A DNA stretch of 64,000 bases. Source: an uncultured virus (IMG/VR IMGVR_UViG_3300042869_000764). Taxonomy: Duplodnaviria > Heunggongvirae > Uroviricota > Caudoviricetes. Shown here piece after piece: positions 50,201-58,791 of the stretch. Both the position numbers and the translations under genes were made by a program. The stretch lies in the IMG/VR virus record IMGVR_UViG_3300042869_000764; one strand, 5' to 3'. The first letter of the stretch is position 1, and every line of letters begins with the position of its first letter. Below the pieces are notes generated by a model. The model worked only from the letters and a program-made list of their open reading frames with translations. It was not told where the DNA came from and ran no database searches.

Positions 50201-52065
50201 GCAATGGAGTTACCGCTGGTGCAACATCAGAAGATGGCGTTAATTGGACTTCACAAACTAGCTTGATGCCAAGCGGAGCGAACTGGTCTGCAATGGCCGC
50301 CGGTCTGTTTGACGACAATTCCACAGTGGGCAAGGTCAGCAAATTCGTAGCAGTAGCAGGCACAAGTGCAAATACTACCGGAGCATACAGTAGTGACGGT
50401 ATTACCTGGTCAGCAACCAGCATGCAGACTTCTGCGGTATGGGTCGATGTGGCCTTCGGTGCACAGAAATTTGTGGCAGTCAGCAGCGATGTAACCACAG
50501 TGAGAATCAGCAATGACGGCGAAACATGGGATCAGACAGGCACATTGACCACGACTGGATTCACAGCCATAGCCTACGGTAAAAATAGATTTGTTGCAAT
50601 TAAGAGCGGCACTAATGTTACCAATCATGCCACATCAACCACAGTTACAGGAACATGGACTGCAGGCACATTGCCGAGTTCGTCAAACTGGAACAGTATC
50701 GCCTATGGTAACAACAGATTTGTTGCTATTTCGAGCACCAGCGGCACTGTTGCTGCCTATAGTTTAGACGGTATAACTTGGTCATCTAGCACATTACCAG
50801 CTACAGCATCGTGGACCAAAGTTACATACGGTCAGGGAGTATTCCTTGCCGTGAGCACAACTACAGCAGCAGCAACATCGCCAGACGGAGTAACATGGAC
50901 CACTAGAACTACTTCTACGGCAGCTAGCGGTTTCTCAGCAATCACTTTTGGTAATAGAAATCGCTACGGCCTGTTTGTAGGTGTAGGTGGCAGCACAGGC
51001 ACAGTGGCCACTTATATTAGAACCGGAGCCACTGCTAGAGGTCGTGCTAAAGTGGCTGCTGACAAACTGTTCCAGGTTAATATCACAGAGCCTGGATCGG
51101 GATATGCCTCGGCGCCAACAATTACATTCACTGATCCTAATAACACATTTGAATCCCCCGTGACCGTGAGAACCGGCAGCGGTGTGTTAGCTAATCCTAG
51201 TTTTGTTAACAGAGGATCGGGTTATGTCACAGGTAGCGGTGAAGTAGACATAGGTGATGGTTATTCCAACCTATTCCAACCTGGTTCGTTTGTGGCGCTG
51301 AGAAGAATCAGCATTCAACCAGTGCCCGGAGCCAACGTGGTGTTCAGTCATCTACCTGACAGAACTTTTAAGTTGGTCAACGTGATCACATTCTTGGGTG
51401 AAAACGAGGGTGCTTACACAGCATTCTTCCAAATTAGCCCACAACTGACAAGATCAGAAGCTCCGGCAGACGGAGTTAGTGTTGAAACTAGGATTAGATA
51501 CAGTCAGGTTAGATTAACTGGACACGATTTCTTGGACATAGGCACAGGCAGTTTCATTGACACTAATTATCCCGGTGCGCCTAATCAACCTGCTATTCCT
51601 GCCAACGAAGCTGTGGACAACGGAGGAGGTCGAGTGTTCTTTACCTCCACAGACCAAGACGGTAACTTCCGTGTTGGTGATCTGTTTGCTATCGAGCAAA
51701 GCACTGGTATTGCTACACTGAATGCAGATGCATTTAACATTAGCGGACTGCAAGAACTTAACTTGGGCAACGTAACACTAGGCGGCGGTTCAGCTACAAT
51801 CACTGAATTTTCAACAGATCCATTCTTTACAGCAGATTCGGATAATATTGTGCCCACACAGCGAGCAATCAAAGCTTATATTGCGGGCCAAATTGGAGGT
51901 GGTGGTGCAAGTTTGAACGTGAACTCTATCACAGCAGGTAGTGTGTTTATTAGTTCTAACATTATAACTACTACTACTGGCGGCCCAATTAAAATAAATG
52001 CTAATTTTGAATTCAGAGGCGGAGTTACCGGAGTTCCCCTGGCATTCAACTACTTTTTGAACTAA
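44221..52065 (+). CDS. Giant fibre/structural protein (2614 aa), paralog of 38572
   Basis: Same N-terminus (MAEFKLGRIRFVWK), repeats and C-terminus (FSTDPFF.ADSDNIVPTQRAI); extra KC.RD helical repeats; TAAATA at 44197-44202. Confidence 0.75.
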   Translation: MAEFKLGRIRFVWKNTWTPSTTYYIDDVVRYGARTYICAVGHTSASDFNTDLEYSPTKWNQMSDGQSWTGDWNVSTFYKLNDVVKYGGLLYICNDSHTSAATTASGLENDQSKWTLYAEGLDWKNDWTVSTRYKVNDLVQYGGYTYVCNLHHTSAATAASGLEQDQAKWDSFNPGIEYKGDWVASVTRYKVNDVVKYGAGLWICVTQHTADAAFLTDSTAGRWSQFVEGTEYEDTWNNATLYQHGDIVRYGGNQYIAKTIHTAAVASETPPTQSSRWDLYTEGFKFQSVWAAGTSYKIGEVVSMGGYTYLALQDSPSNTYTVTAVTAATDTFTIASTVGMAVGMAVRFTGTTFGNVFTTARYYVKTVAAGNITVSTTPGGTTFDITADAAGTMSATVSAEPPNATYWSRLNAGISWQGEWSDDREYVLGDAVRFGANAFICVLAHRSEGDDGSTVGAAGGGQANSRPDQDNTGTYWNILNVGTETSVLSVRGDLVFYGGNGPQRLPIGREGQVLTSTGIDPAWVTLGEIDHTYFVATTGTDLPSPIHGRTWDKPWKTIRYACEQVERGPRNPDARYLLELNRVFIQREVTEFIQNQITNNIAPFTSGFVYDDFKCERDVGFTLDAVTYDLCHGGNIKSRGVANSLIGGLSEGETEAYPGLAIESDESVAAYNYMLTVVGNVLAQTAPTINYQTLNGDNSTATVAQYFNSDLTAESGALANVTASVTLITNAITARAAAVTAPQIAAAIASVPARRSPSNLIQVATGQYRETLPIIVPEQTCIQGDELRSTNAGPAGSLTNRSDAGYSIGALTRLQTVVDQIVRGANVTESSGNTAIQSASFPYASTEEAADAAQLVRVMQHQIDFKISSTFMVSSADPTGYNSSFLSGFGDARTLLIENKEFIKDEITAFLNENYSTLKFSRTKCKRDVAFIVDAMSYDLTYGGTWATLVAGTAYFDGDNSSALQIDSTEIAATAAAYGRLKTIVQQIIANTTVTKSTGNTATQWTDSTNLTGGAAANATVGALVDIITNIIQGDSTEATTPQITVTTISGTDTLTSNSHGLSVGDAVVPRETGNGLTNGVKYWVVGTVNTNTFQLAATYGGAVLTTFTNGAGISIPVEVIDYPTATNAVTSTTALIAAAVTLDAAQETIVQNVVDDLNAVAWHTDFVVDETSLTSTDFRIYVGKHTLAHTYVSGGIVTKSNGTELAVSNFVYNNSTGYAVVTTATHGLAAGDIVNITSITVSCLSSGGTSFTAIFPSAYKTDGVTPKIRYLQTKCIRDTRLILEAVMFDFMFNSNFKSREAAYSYLRASAAEVFVGNQKTITRDALTNAKTEALANVGGNATAQARIETLMTLVDDILYGATNEGSRCATGNRMIDYAVLQLERNRDYIVAEIDAYIDSTYTTTVTNATAATDVFTCTSTSWMKRNTAVRFTGTAFGGISTDTTYYIQNVVSSTTFKIATTRDSNTAFNIASNATGSMTVALYYNSASCLRDVGTYIDALKYDLKYPGNYKSRYAARYYANSVTGSLEEDMYYLRDATGLRDQTLEGLTGDLLAENEFGTSRVSAGAYASLDPGWGPEDYRTWIITRSPYVQGLTTLGTAAVGQKIDGSLHNGGNDSIVSNDFTQVISDGIGAWITNNGRAELVSVFTYYAHIGYLAENGGRIRGTNGNNSYGDFGSVAEGVDNSETAGTAIVDNRLQFDAEIDRVITDGSALVQLEFTNAGIDYTEVTYTLTGGGSGAIVEADEFRDDAVFEVRMLDLIDDSTNAPEAEGNLGGFGYITNSNTAQGGTLTSVTIAATDGESSSAYIGMKIVLTGGAGVGQFGIITTYNSGTKVAGLIKESDGTAGFDHLVAGTAIISPDASSTYIIEPRVTFSAPGYTSTAATLPTSGAWTAVKYGETAAVYTTVTGTYTGTGVGATFTVIRNGWKYTPSTQSAGTGYTRLETITILGNSLGGTTPANDLIITITAVNSTTGAILDFDHSGYGIGGRYVALRNGVTAGATSEDGVNWTSQTSLMPSGANWSAMAAGLFDDNSTVGKVSKFVAVAGTSANTTGAYSSDGITWSATSMQTSAVWVDVAFGAQKFVAVSSDVTTVRISNDGETWDQTGTLTTTGFTAIAYGKNRFVAIKSGTNVTNHATSTTVTGTWTAGTLPSSSNWNSIAYGNNRFVAISSTSGTVAAYSLDGITWSSSTLPATASWTKVTYGQGVFLAVSTTTAAATSPDGVTWTTRTTSTAASGFSAITFGNRNRYGLFVGVGGSTGTVATYIRTGATARGRAKVAADKLFQVNITEPGSGYASAPTITFTDPNNTFESPVTVRTGSGVLANPSFVNRGSGYVTGSGEVDIGDGYSNLFQPGSFVALRRISIQPVPGANVVFSHLPDRTFKLVNVITFLGENEGAYTAFFQISPQLTRSEAPADGVSVETRIRYSQVRLTGHDFLDIGTGSFIDTNYPGAPNQPAIPANEAVDNGGGRVFFTSTDQDGNFRVGDLFAIEQSTGIATLNADAFNISGLQELNLGNVTLGGGSATITEFSTDPFFTADSDNIVPTQRAIKAYIAGQIGGGGASLNVNSITAGSVFISSNIITTTTGGPIKINANFEFRGGVTGVPLAFNYFLN

Positions 52066-52088
52066 ATATATACATGGAGAAATAAATT

Positions 52089-52409
52089 ATGGCAACAGGA
52101 AGATTAGGAACCGCAGATTTATCAGCAGTCACGCTGACAACACTGTATACAGTGCCTGCTACAACATTCACAGTGGCAACAGTCAGTGTGGTAAATCGTG
52201 GTGCAAGTGCAGCACTGATACGAATAGCACTAGCAAGTTCTGCGTCACCCACTGACGCTGAATGGCTGGAATATGACGTGAGTCTATCTCCTAAAGGTGT
52301 GTTAGAACGCACCGGTATTGTTATGGATGCAGCAAAATTACTGGTAGTTCGTTCCAGTGCTACTGGTGTCAATGCAGTGGTCTATGGCATTGAAACTGCA
52401 ACGGCCTAA
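52089..52409 (+). CDS. Small beta-rich virion protein (family A)
   Basis: TLYTVPA...VVNRG...LERTGIVM...VYGIE; TAAATA at 52063-52068 and GGAG RBS. Confidence 0.6.
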   Translation: MATGRLGTADLSAVTLTTLYTVPATTFTVATVSVVNRGASAALIRIALASSASPTDAEWLEYDVSLSPKGVLERTGIVMDAAKLLVVRSSATGVNAVVYGIETATA

Positions 52410-52422
52410 CTAGGAGAATACC

Positions 52423-53325
52423 ATGGGTAGAAAACATACAGCAGGAACAGCAGGCGGCTCAGGAGTTGGTGGTTTTAATATAGATAACACCACCCTAACT
52501 GCTGCTGACGATCTGGACATTACCATAGATCCTGCCGGCACTGGCATATTTAAAATAGCTGGTGATGCACAGCTACAGGCTCAGGGGGATCTTCGATTTG
52601 CAGATTCAGATAGTTCAAACTGGGTGGCGTTTCAAGGCCCAGCTACAGTCTCATCAAATGTAACCTGGACACTGCCCGGTACAGACGGCACAAACACACA
52701 GTTGTTATCAACTAATGGATCAGGTGTGTTAAGTTGGGCCACTGCCGGATTATCTTTAACGGATAATACCTCTGATGCTGCATCTCACTTTGTGACGTTG
52801 ACTACATCTACTACAGATACTACTATCACCTCAGTGAGACGTAGTTCTTCAAAATTGACTTTCCAGCCCAGCACAGGAACATTAAGTGTCACTGAGTTAA
52901 GAGTAGCAGGACTGGCTACAAGTCTCCAAGTAGAAAATGTGCAGACAAGCAGTTATACCTGTGTATTAGAAGACGCTGGAAAAGTTGTTACCATGAACAA
53001 CACCAGCTCAGCAACTATAACCATACCTCCCAATAGCAGTGTGGCGTATCCCATAGGCACAGTGATCAGCATAGCTAGAATCAACACGGGTAGTGTAGCT
53101 CTCACAGCAGGTGCTGGAGTCACACTCACAGGAAATACTGGTACTGGGGCTATGAATGCTAACGAACAATTATTTTGTAGAAAACGCAGCACAGACACCT
53201 GGTTGGTAGTTCACACCTTGGTCACTGGTTCCGTTAGCGCCACTGGTGGTACAGTCACAACACCCGCCGGATATAAACTTCATCAGTTTACATCAACTGG
53301 TGCCCAAAGTTTTATTATATCGTAA
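52423..53325 (+). CDS. Tail fibre protein
   Basis: Thr/Ser-rich; SYTCVLEDAGKVVTM...ITIPPNSSVAYPIGT fibre-type domain. Confidence 0.65.
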   Translation: MGRKHTAGTAGGSGVGGFNIDNTTLTAADDLDITIDPAGTGIFKIAGDAQLQAQGDLRFADSDSSNWVAFQGPATVSSNVTWTLPGTDGTNTQLLSTNGSGVLSWATAGLSLTDNTSDAASHFVTLTTSTTDTTITSVRRSSSKLTFQPSTGTLSVTELRVAGLATSLQVENVQTSSYTCVLEDAGKVVTMNNTSSATITIPPNSSVAYPIGTVISIARINTGSVALTAGAGVTLTGNTGTGAMNANEQLFCRKRSTDTWLVVHTLVTGSVSATGGTVTTPAGYKLHQFTSTGAQSFIIS

Positions 53326-53340
53326 GCATAGGAGAAATAT

Positions 53341-54285
53341 ATGCCTTTTATCAGCACAATAAGAAGTCAATCAAATATTCAACAGCCCGAAAAAGCAATT
53401 TCGGAATCTATCTATGAAATCACTGGCGGTGATAAAGTATACACTGCTGGCGGCTATACCATTCACATGTTTACCACCGTGGGAGATCATCAGCTAAATG
53501 TCAAAGTCAAAGACCAATACAAAAATTCAGCAATGAATTTGGTGAATACCGCCGCTGGTATAACTGTGGAGTATCTAGTTATTGGCGGTGGCGGCAGCGG
53601 CGGCCAGGGATACAGCACCAACGGCAATGGTGGCGGCGGTGCCGGAGGATACCTATCAGGCACCACACCCCTGACAACAGGCACGACGCCAGTTACAGTT
53701 GGCACAGGTGGTGGACCTCAACCTTACAATGGCGGTGCAAATGGCGCTTCTAGTAATCTTGGACCTATACAGGGCATCTATGGAGGTTACGGCGGCTATT
53801 ATCATGGCTCAGCCGGCCAATACGGTGGAAGTGGTGGCGGAGCAGCCTACGGCTACGGCGCCGGTTCGAGCCAACCGGGTCAAGGGTTTCCAGGTAGTCC
53901 ATACACATATACTTGGTCGGGCGGTGGCGGTGGTGGGTCCAGTCAAGCCGGTCAGAATCATCAAGGTGGACTTGGTACCAGCAGCTCAATCACTGGCTCT
54001 GCATTAGCTCGAGCAGGTGGTGGTGGTGGTGGTGGTAACAGCTCAGAACCAGGTGGAGATGGAGCCAGCGGTGGCGGTAGAGGTCACGGATCTACTCCAA
54101 ATTGGGGCTACAGCTACTATTCATACAGTCAAGATCCTCGCGGAGGATGGGGAGTAACTCATGCCTATACAGCTAATTCCGGATCAGGCGGCGGCGCAGG
54201 CTCATACTGGGCTCCAAACATTGGCTGGGGTGCAGGTTCGGGATACGGTGCCAGCGGCCTAGTGGTAGTAAGGTATCCTAACTAA
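53341..54285 (+). CDS. Glycine-rich domain fibre/receptor-binding protein
   Basis: GYTIHMFT, VEYLVIGGGGSGG, GGGGAGG, terminal GASGLVVVRY. Confidence 0.7.
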   Translation: MPFISTIRSQSNIQQPEKAISESIYEITGGDKVYTAGGYTIHMFTTVGDHQLNVKVKDQYKNSAMNLVNTAAGITVEYLVIGGGGSGGQGYSTNGNGGGGAGGYLSGTTPLTTGTTPVTVGTGGGPQPYNGGANGASSNLGPIQGIYGGYGGYYHGSAGQYGGSGGGAAYGYGAGSSQPGQGFPGSPYTYTWSGGGGGGSSQAGQNHQGGLGTSSSITGSALARAGGGGGGGNSSEPGGDGASGGGRGHGSTPNWGYSYYSYSQDPRGGWGVTHAYTANSGSGGGAGSYWAPNIGWGAGSGYGASGLVVVRYPN

Positions 54286-54713
54286 TGGCAATTTTTAAAA
54301 CCAATCGAGACATATTCACAGCGCCTTGGGAAGATGAATTGTTCAATGAGAATTGGATGGATCATGATGTTCCTTATGCGCCACCAACTGTGGATTGGAA
54401 ATATGATAGAGAAATGAGGATCGAGGATGTGGAAATCTGGGAACAGATTTGCTACAAAACCGGAGGCATAGGGTTATATGCTGCATATCTGCCCTATGCT
54501 GAATTTTATATTGTCACAGGAAAATGGATACAGGCAAAACCTGGCAATATTGAATGTTTTTACGGCCCAGGTTCCATGCAGGCTGCATATCGCAGAGCCA
54601 AAGAAGTAGGAATGATAGTTGCTGTAAAAGAAACCTGGGTAGACGATAAAGATCTGTGGTTGCATCAACCTGGTGGAGCCAAACAGCAAGGCAATGTCAC
54701 ATTGTCTGATTAA
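54285..54713 (+). CDS. Hypothetical protein (paralog family C)
   Basis: IWEQICYKTGGIGLYAAYLPYAEFYIV; TAATG coupling to the Gly-rich gene. Confidence 0.65.
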   Translation: MAIFKTNRDIFTAPWEDELFNENWMDHDVPYAPPTVDWKYDREMRIEDVEIWEQICYKTGGIGLYAAYLPYAEFYIVTGKWIQAKPGNIECFYGPGSMQAAYRRAKEVGMIVAVKETWVDDKDLWLHQPGGAKQQGNVTLSD

Positions 54714-54721
54714 TTCCGGAA

Positions 54722-55321
54722 CTAGGCATATTCAAAGTTTGCGCTAATGCTAATCCTAAGCTCTTTACTGTAATTTTTTTCCACCATGTGTGGAACATTA
54801 GATCTAAATATCAAAAGCAAATCGTCTACTGGTTCATACGTACAGGTTTTCCTGCTAGCAAAATTTTCAAGATTGCCTTCTACCGGAAGAGTATACATGT
54901 CAGTCATGGCTTCTATGCTTCTAAACCGAATTTTTCCACAATTTTCTAACACAGACAGATAGTAACTAACACTGAAATGAGATCGTGTGTGTTGATGATA
55001 TTCTTGATAGGCTCCCGGTTCTGCAAGATTAAACCAAAAGTCTTTGCAGTAAAGAGTTTCGATGGGAAGATTAATACCGTAGTTTTTACCAAATTCGTGT
55101 ACCTTGTTTCGAAGCAGCTCAATCAAGGATATAACTATAGTGTCTTGATCAGATCTATAATCATAAAATCCCACAGTATTGTAGGTATCACAGGCCCACT
55201 TGGTAACAGTATGACCTTGAGTCTGAAAATATATGGTCTTGGCCTTGTTTACAAGATACTGTCTATGTTGAAAATTTAATGTATCATTGTAGATCAGTGT
55301 GGGGAACCAACCGTCTATCAT
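54722..55321 (-). CDS. Putative 2OG-Fe(II) oxygenase (TIGR02466-like)
   Basis: WFPT, WFN, HQH, SYYL, LLIFRSNVPHMV, RISISAN. Confidence 0.8.
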   Translation of the reverse strand: MIDGWFPTLIYNDTLNFQHRQYLVNKAKTIYFQTQGHTVTKWACDTYNTVGFYDYRSDQDTIVISLIELLRNKVHEFGKNYGINLPIETLYCKDFWFNLAEPGAYQEYHQHTRSHFSVSYYLSVLENCGKIRFRSIEAMTDMYTLPVEGNLENFASRKTCTYEPVDDLLLIFRSNVPHMVEKNYSKELRISISANFEYA

Positions 55322-55995
55322 TTGGTGTATTGGATATAGGATTTCTCAGCCACAGCATCACCGGGTTTAGTAGATGTTTTATATTCTTTTAGAAGTTCTA
55401 GACTAGGGACGGTGCCTAGCATGCCCAAAGAATCACGTTTGTCCCATTTCCATTCTGCATTTGGTCCATGAGCATCTACATAATGAAAGAAAGCCTGCAC
55501 TTGCCAAGCATCTTGACCTTTGTCGAAAGGTTCGCGCCAATGAGGCACATCACATCCTCGATAAATTGCTAGGTCACCGGGTAGTAGATCCACTCGATTA
55601 CCATCCATATATATTGACCAAACTTTGTCAGCATCGTAATTGAAATTGAAACACAGAGTTGCAGAAATTTCACAACTAGGCCTATCTACATGGGGAGTAA
55701 GTGTGTCACCGTTTCTATAAACTCTATAATAGCAATAAGTTGGAAACAGAGAAAAACCCACTGCTTGTTCTAGCACAGGTTGCAGATGCAACAACATGCT
55801 TTCCATTGCAGGATCACAGTATTTTGAATGAGCTTCAGCACACTGAGCTCCGTCGCCCATTAAGGCTTTTTCCGGAGTGAAATCTTGCATTTCATCAAAC
55901 AGAGCATATTGAGTGACAAAATCTCTTAGTTCCGTGGAGATTGCGGATCTTAATACTAAGTATTTGTTTTTTTCAAAAAAGTCTTTATTTTCCAT
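55318..55995 (-). CDS. 2OG-Fe(II) oxygenase
   Basis: RVYRNGDTLTPHVDRPSCEISATL...HWR...FFHY; start moved to 55995 (AAGGAG RBS). Confidence 0.8.
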   Translation of the reverse strand: MENKDFFEKNKYLVLRSAISTELRDFVTQYALFDEMQDFTPEKALMGDGAQCAEAHSKYCDPAMESMLLHLQPVLEQAVGFSLFPTYCYYRVYRNGDTLTPHVDRPSCEISATLCFNFNYDADKVWSIYMDGNRVDLLPGDLAIYRGCDVPHWREPFDKGQDAWQVQAFFHYVDAHGPNAEWKWDKRDSLGMLGTVPSLELLKEYKTSTKPGDAVAEKSYIQYTK

Positions 55996-56788
55996 TTGAA
56001 GCTCCTTGATGAAAAGGACAACCAAGTGCTTGTTGTTCTATTTTTTCATGCAGTCTTTTTTTGTTATTATAAAGTTGAGTAGAATCACGATATTCATCTC
56101 TTTTCATCACAAATTTATCAATGCCAAATACTCGTTGATATTCGGACTGAGTGACCAAATGATGCACAAGTTTGATCTTCTTTTCAGTCATAGGGTGCAT
56201 AATAGCCAGTGGAGTCAACGGCAGTATGGTGCAAGTTTGCAATTCTTTGGTCTGTTTTACAAATAGGTTAATTTCAGTGGCATGGGTATATTTGTAGTTC
56301 ACTAAGCCAGGCAATACTGATATAACTCCATGGGTGTCTTGCATATTCCATAACGGTTCAGTCCAAGTAAAATTCATGTCTTTTTTAGTTTTAATTGCCC
56401 AGGGAGAAATAAGTTTTATATTATGACCATGCTGGCCAGCAAAGCCAGGAAATTGCACACCTGGATGATTAGTAGGAGTAGAAACGTCCCCGTTAGAACT
56501 CACCCATTCCCACTCTTTTTCAGATCCTATGGGATTTACCATCATATTCATTTCAAACCATGAAGGAATAGCTATGCCTTTTTTATAGTATTCTATAATT
56601 GCGTTACAATGTTTTATGGTTACCAAAGGGGGATCAGAGTCTGGCACTTTTGATGGCAACTGTCTCCACCAATCCGGAGCATACTTCATAGCCCAGTCAA
56701 TTTTAGCGTAGTCGTAGGCATGTGCAAGATGAGTAAAGCAGTCTACTACCACTTCTTCTTGTCTAGTAAAAAAATACGGAAATTTCAT
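55985..56788 (-). CDS. Hypothetical protein (paralog family D)
   Basis: PDWW...TIKHC...GIAIPSW...KLISPW...TPLA; shares pattern with the 62972 gene. Confidence 0.6.
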   Translation of the reverse strand: MKFPYFFTRQEEVVVDCFTHLAHAYDYAKIDWAMKYAPDWWRQLPSKVPDSDPPLVTIKHCNAIIEYYKKGIAIPSWFEMNMMVNPIGSEKEWEWVSSNGDVSTPTNHPGVQFPGFAGQHGHNIKLISPWAIKTKKDMNFTWTEPLWNMQDTHGVISVLPGLVNYKYTHATEINLFVKQTKELQTCTILPLTPLAIMHPMTEKKIKLVHHLVTQSEYQRVFGIDKFVMKRDEYRDSTQLYNNKKRLHEKIEQQALGCPFHQGASNGK

Positions 56789-57453
56789 AATAATATTTGT
56801 CTCGATGCAGGAATAGGAAAATAATCAGAACTTACTTCTTGAATAAAAAATACCTGTGTAAGTCTGGGCCTGTTATCATGCCCTGTAAATTTATTTACAC
56901 CATGATACTGGAATCCGTCATAGGCAACAATTCTATTATAGATATTTTTAAAATTCACAGTTTCTTCAAATAGACTGTTGTTTTCCTGTAGCTTTTCATT
57001 ATAGAAATCAGTTTTAGTTCTATCAAAGTTCAAAAACATATCTTGTTTTTCTTCTAGATTGATCGGTATATCAAATGGTTTTTTTGGTCTAAACAACGAA
57101 GTGCCGCAGCCCGTATCTATACCGGGAGTGAGATATATCACCCCAGCATATGGCTTATAGTCTGCATGAATCCATCCTTGATTGATTGATGAGTATTGAT
57201 CTGGTTCTGCAATTTGGAAGTAGGTTTCCACAGCCCATTTAACACTGTTGGTTTTTTTAAAATCAAAGGTCAGGGAAAATAGCTTATCGCAGAAATTTTT
57301 AAAAAATACAGGATTTACAGAATCTAGGGAAGGTGATCTTTTGCCAGGCCATGGCACATTAGAAGTTGTTTTGAATTCTAAAGATAACGCAAACTCTCTG
57401 ATCACATTCGGATCGTTATAAAAATTATCTACACACAGAGAAGGAAAATACAT
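56785..57453 (-). CDS. 2OG-Fe(II) oxygenase-like (DUF6445-type)
   Basis: VDNFYNDP, WPGKRS, GWIHAD, AGVIYL, YNRIVAYDG..H, RLTQVFF. Confidence 0.7.
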   Translation of the reverse strand: MYFPSLCVDNFYNDPNVIREFALSLEFKTTSNVPWPGKRSPSLDSVNPVFFKNFCDKLFSLTFDFKKTNSVKWAVETYFQIAEPDQYSSINQGWIHADYKPYAGVIYLTPGIDTGCGTSLFRPKKPFDIPINLEEKQDMFLNFDRTKTDFYNEKLQENNSLFEETVNFKNIYNRIVAYDGFQYHGVNKFTGHDNRPRLTQVFFIQEVSSDYFPIPASRQILL

Positions 57454-57454
57454 A

Positions 57455-58084
57455 TTATATTTCTCTATCCTTGATCCACGTTACCATGCTGTATTTTGTG
57501 CCAGATGTTATTGGGTGTGCAATGTGTAGATACGCATAGTTGGATGGGAACAAAATTAACATTCCGGGTTCAGGTTTAATTTTTACGTGAAAATTAGGAA
57601 ATTCCAACTCACCTCCTTCAAAATTGTCATTTAAATAACACAAGCAAGATATTGCTCTTCCTATAGGAGTTCCGCCATCATAATGTCCTTTGTATTCTTC
57701 GCCTTGATCGTATTTTAACATTTGATAATGTTCGTGCCAAAGACCTTCCTTGATATTAAATCTTTTAGCATAGGGAATTGATGCTGCTAATAATAACATA
57801 TAGAACTGATTATGAACATTTTGTAATACAGCATTATTGGTAATTCCTGCTAGATGAGTAACTCCCATCATTTTGTTTGTTCTGTGTGTTTGATGTGGTC
57901 CTTCCTGAGTGGTTTCGGCTCGTTGCCAATGCACTCCGGAATCTGAATTAGAAGCTGCGTTTTCCACCATCTTGATAGTGTTCTCTGGGTTCGGCCAGGC
58001 ATTTTCATAAATGGCAATACAACCTGCTATCACAGTGCTTGGCTGTAGTTCCCCAGGAAAAAAATTGTTTATTACCACGGTCAT
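57455..58084 (-). CDS. Prolyl 4-hydroxylase-like 2OG-Fe(II) oxygenase
   Basis: YKGHYD, YLNDNFEGGEL, FPSNYAYLH, KYSMVTW. Confidence 0.85.
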   Translation of the reverse strand: MTVVINNFFPGELQPSTVIAGCIAIYENAWPNPENTIKMVENAASNSDSGVHWQRAETTQEGPHQTHRTNKMMGVTHLAGITNNAVLQNVHNQFYMLLLAASIPYAKRFNIKEGLWHEHYQMLKYDQGEEYKGHYDGGTPIGRAISCLCYLNDNFEGGELEFPNFHVKIKPEPGMLILFPSNYAYLHIAHPITSGTKYSMVTWIKDREI

Positions 58085-58111
58085 ATTGTTGTCCTTTTAT
58101 ACGAGCTATGC

Positions 58112-58145
58112 TATTTAAGAGAGCAACGGAATTATTTCATAAATA
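58112..58145. promoter_or_regulatory. Divergent late-promoter motifs
   Basis: TAAATA (-) at 58117-58112 toward the oxygenase operon; TAAATA (+) at 58140-58145. Confidence 0.55.
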
Positions 58146-58151
58146 CTGATT

Positions 58152-58496
58152 ATGGCCACCCGTTTTATTTCCAGCGACGAGATATTCAGTCACAAGTTTT
58201 ATAAAAATTATTGTCAAAACATCTCGTCTAACAATTTGCAAACTACTGCTACTCCTTGTGTTGCAGATATAACAGTTTGGGAAGAAATTTATTTTAAACC
58301 AGGTGTAATAGGTGTATACGCTGCCTGGGATCCTTATTGTGAATTCTATTTGGTTTATTATCCTGTGTTAGCGGAAACAAAGTTCCATTCGTTGACATTT
58401 TTTGGAAAAGATGCTTCGAATAGGGTTCAGGAATTTCTTGCAACATATGATATAGATCTTGCTACCAACAATGTATGGGTAGATGAAATCAACTGA
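58152..58496 (+). CDS. Hypothetical protein (paralog family C)
   Basis: VWEEIYFKPGVIGVYAAWDPYCEFYLV, clearly similar to the 54285 gene. Confidence 0.65.
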   Translation: MATRFISSDEIFSHKFYKNYCQNISSNNLQTTATPCVADITVWEEIYFKPGVIGVYAAWDPYCEFYLVYYPVLAETKFHSLTFFGKDASNRVQEFLATYDIDLATNNVWVDEIN

Positions 58497-58725
58497 ATTT
58501 CAATGAAAAAGTCATCAGATCTAAACTATTTGAAAACTCAATGCAACTCCAATCTTCAGAAATTGATGATTTAAATTCTGTTTGCCAGTGATGTCTAATC
58601 ACAGACTGTAGATCTAAAGACAACTGATCTGTATTATTTTGTTTTTCTATAAGATATTCCACGGCTTTGAGAAAAACAGGACTCACAGCGCAGTCATCTT
58701 GTAGTATTTTGATAGTCAAAGTCAC
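58489..58725 (-). CDS. Small hypothetical protein
   Basis: Fills the gap; TATAAATA (-) at 58737-58730 just before the GTG. Confidence 0.5.
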   Translation of the reverse strand: MTLTIKILQDDCAVSPVFLKAVEYLIEKQNNTDQLSLDLQSVIRHHWQTEFKSSISEDWSCIEFSNSLDLMTFSLKFS

Positions 58726-58791
58726 TGTTTATTTATAGGTATCCAGTCTGCATTTTTAGAATAAATAATAGACTAATAACAAAGAATATCA

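Noticed and set aside
53323..53343. Stop-codon readthrough fusing 52423 and 53341
   Set aside because: Two in-frame stops (TAA, TAG) and a separate AGGAG RBS
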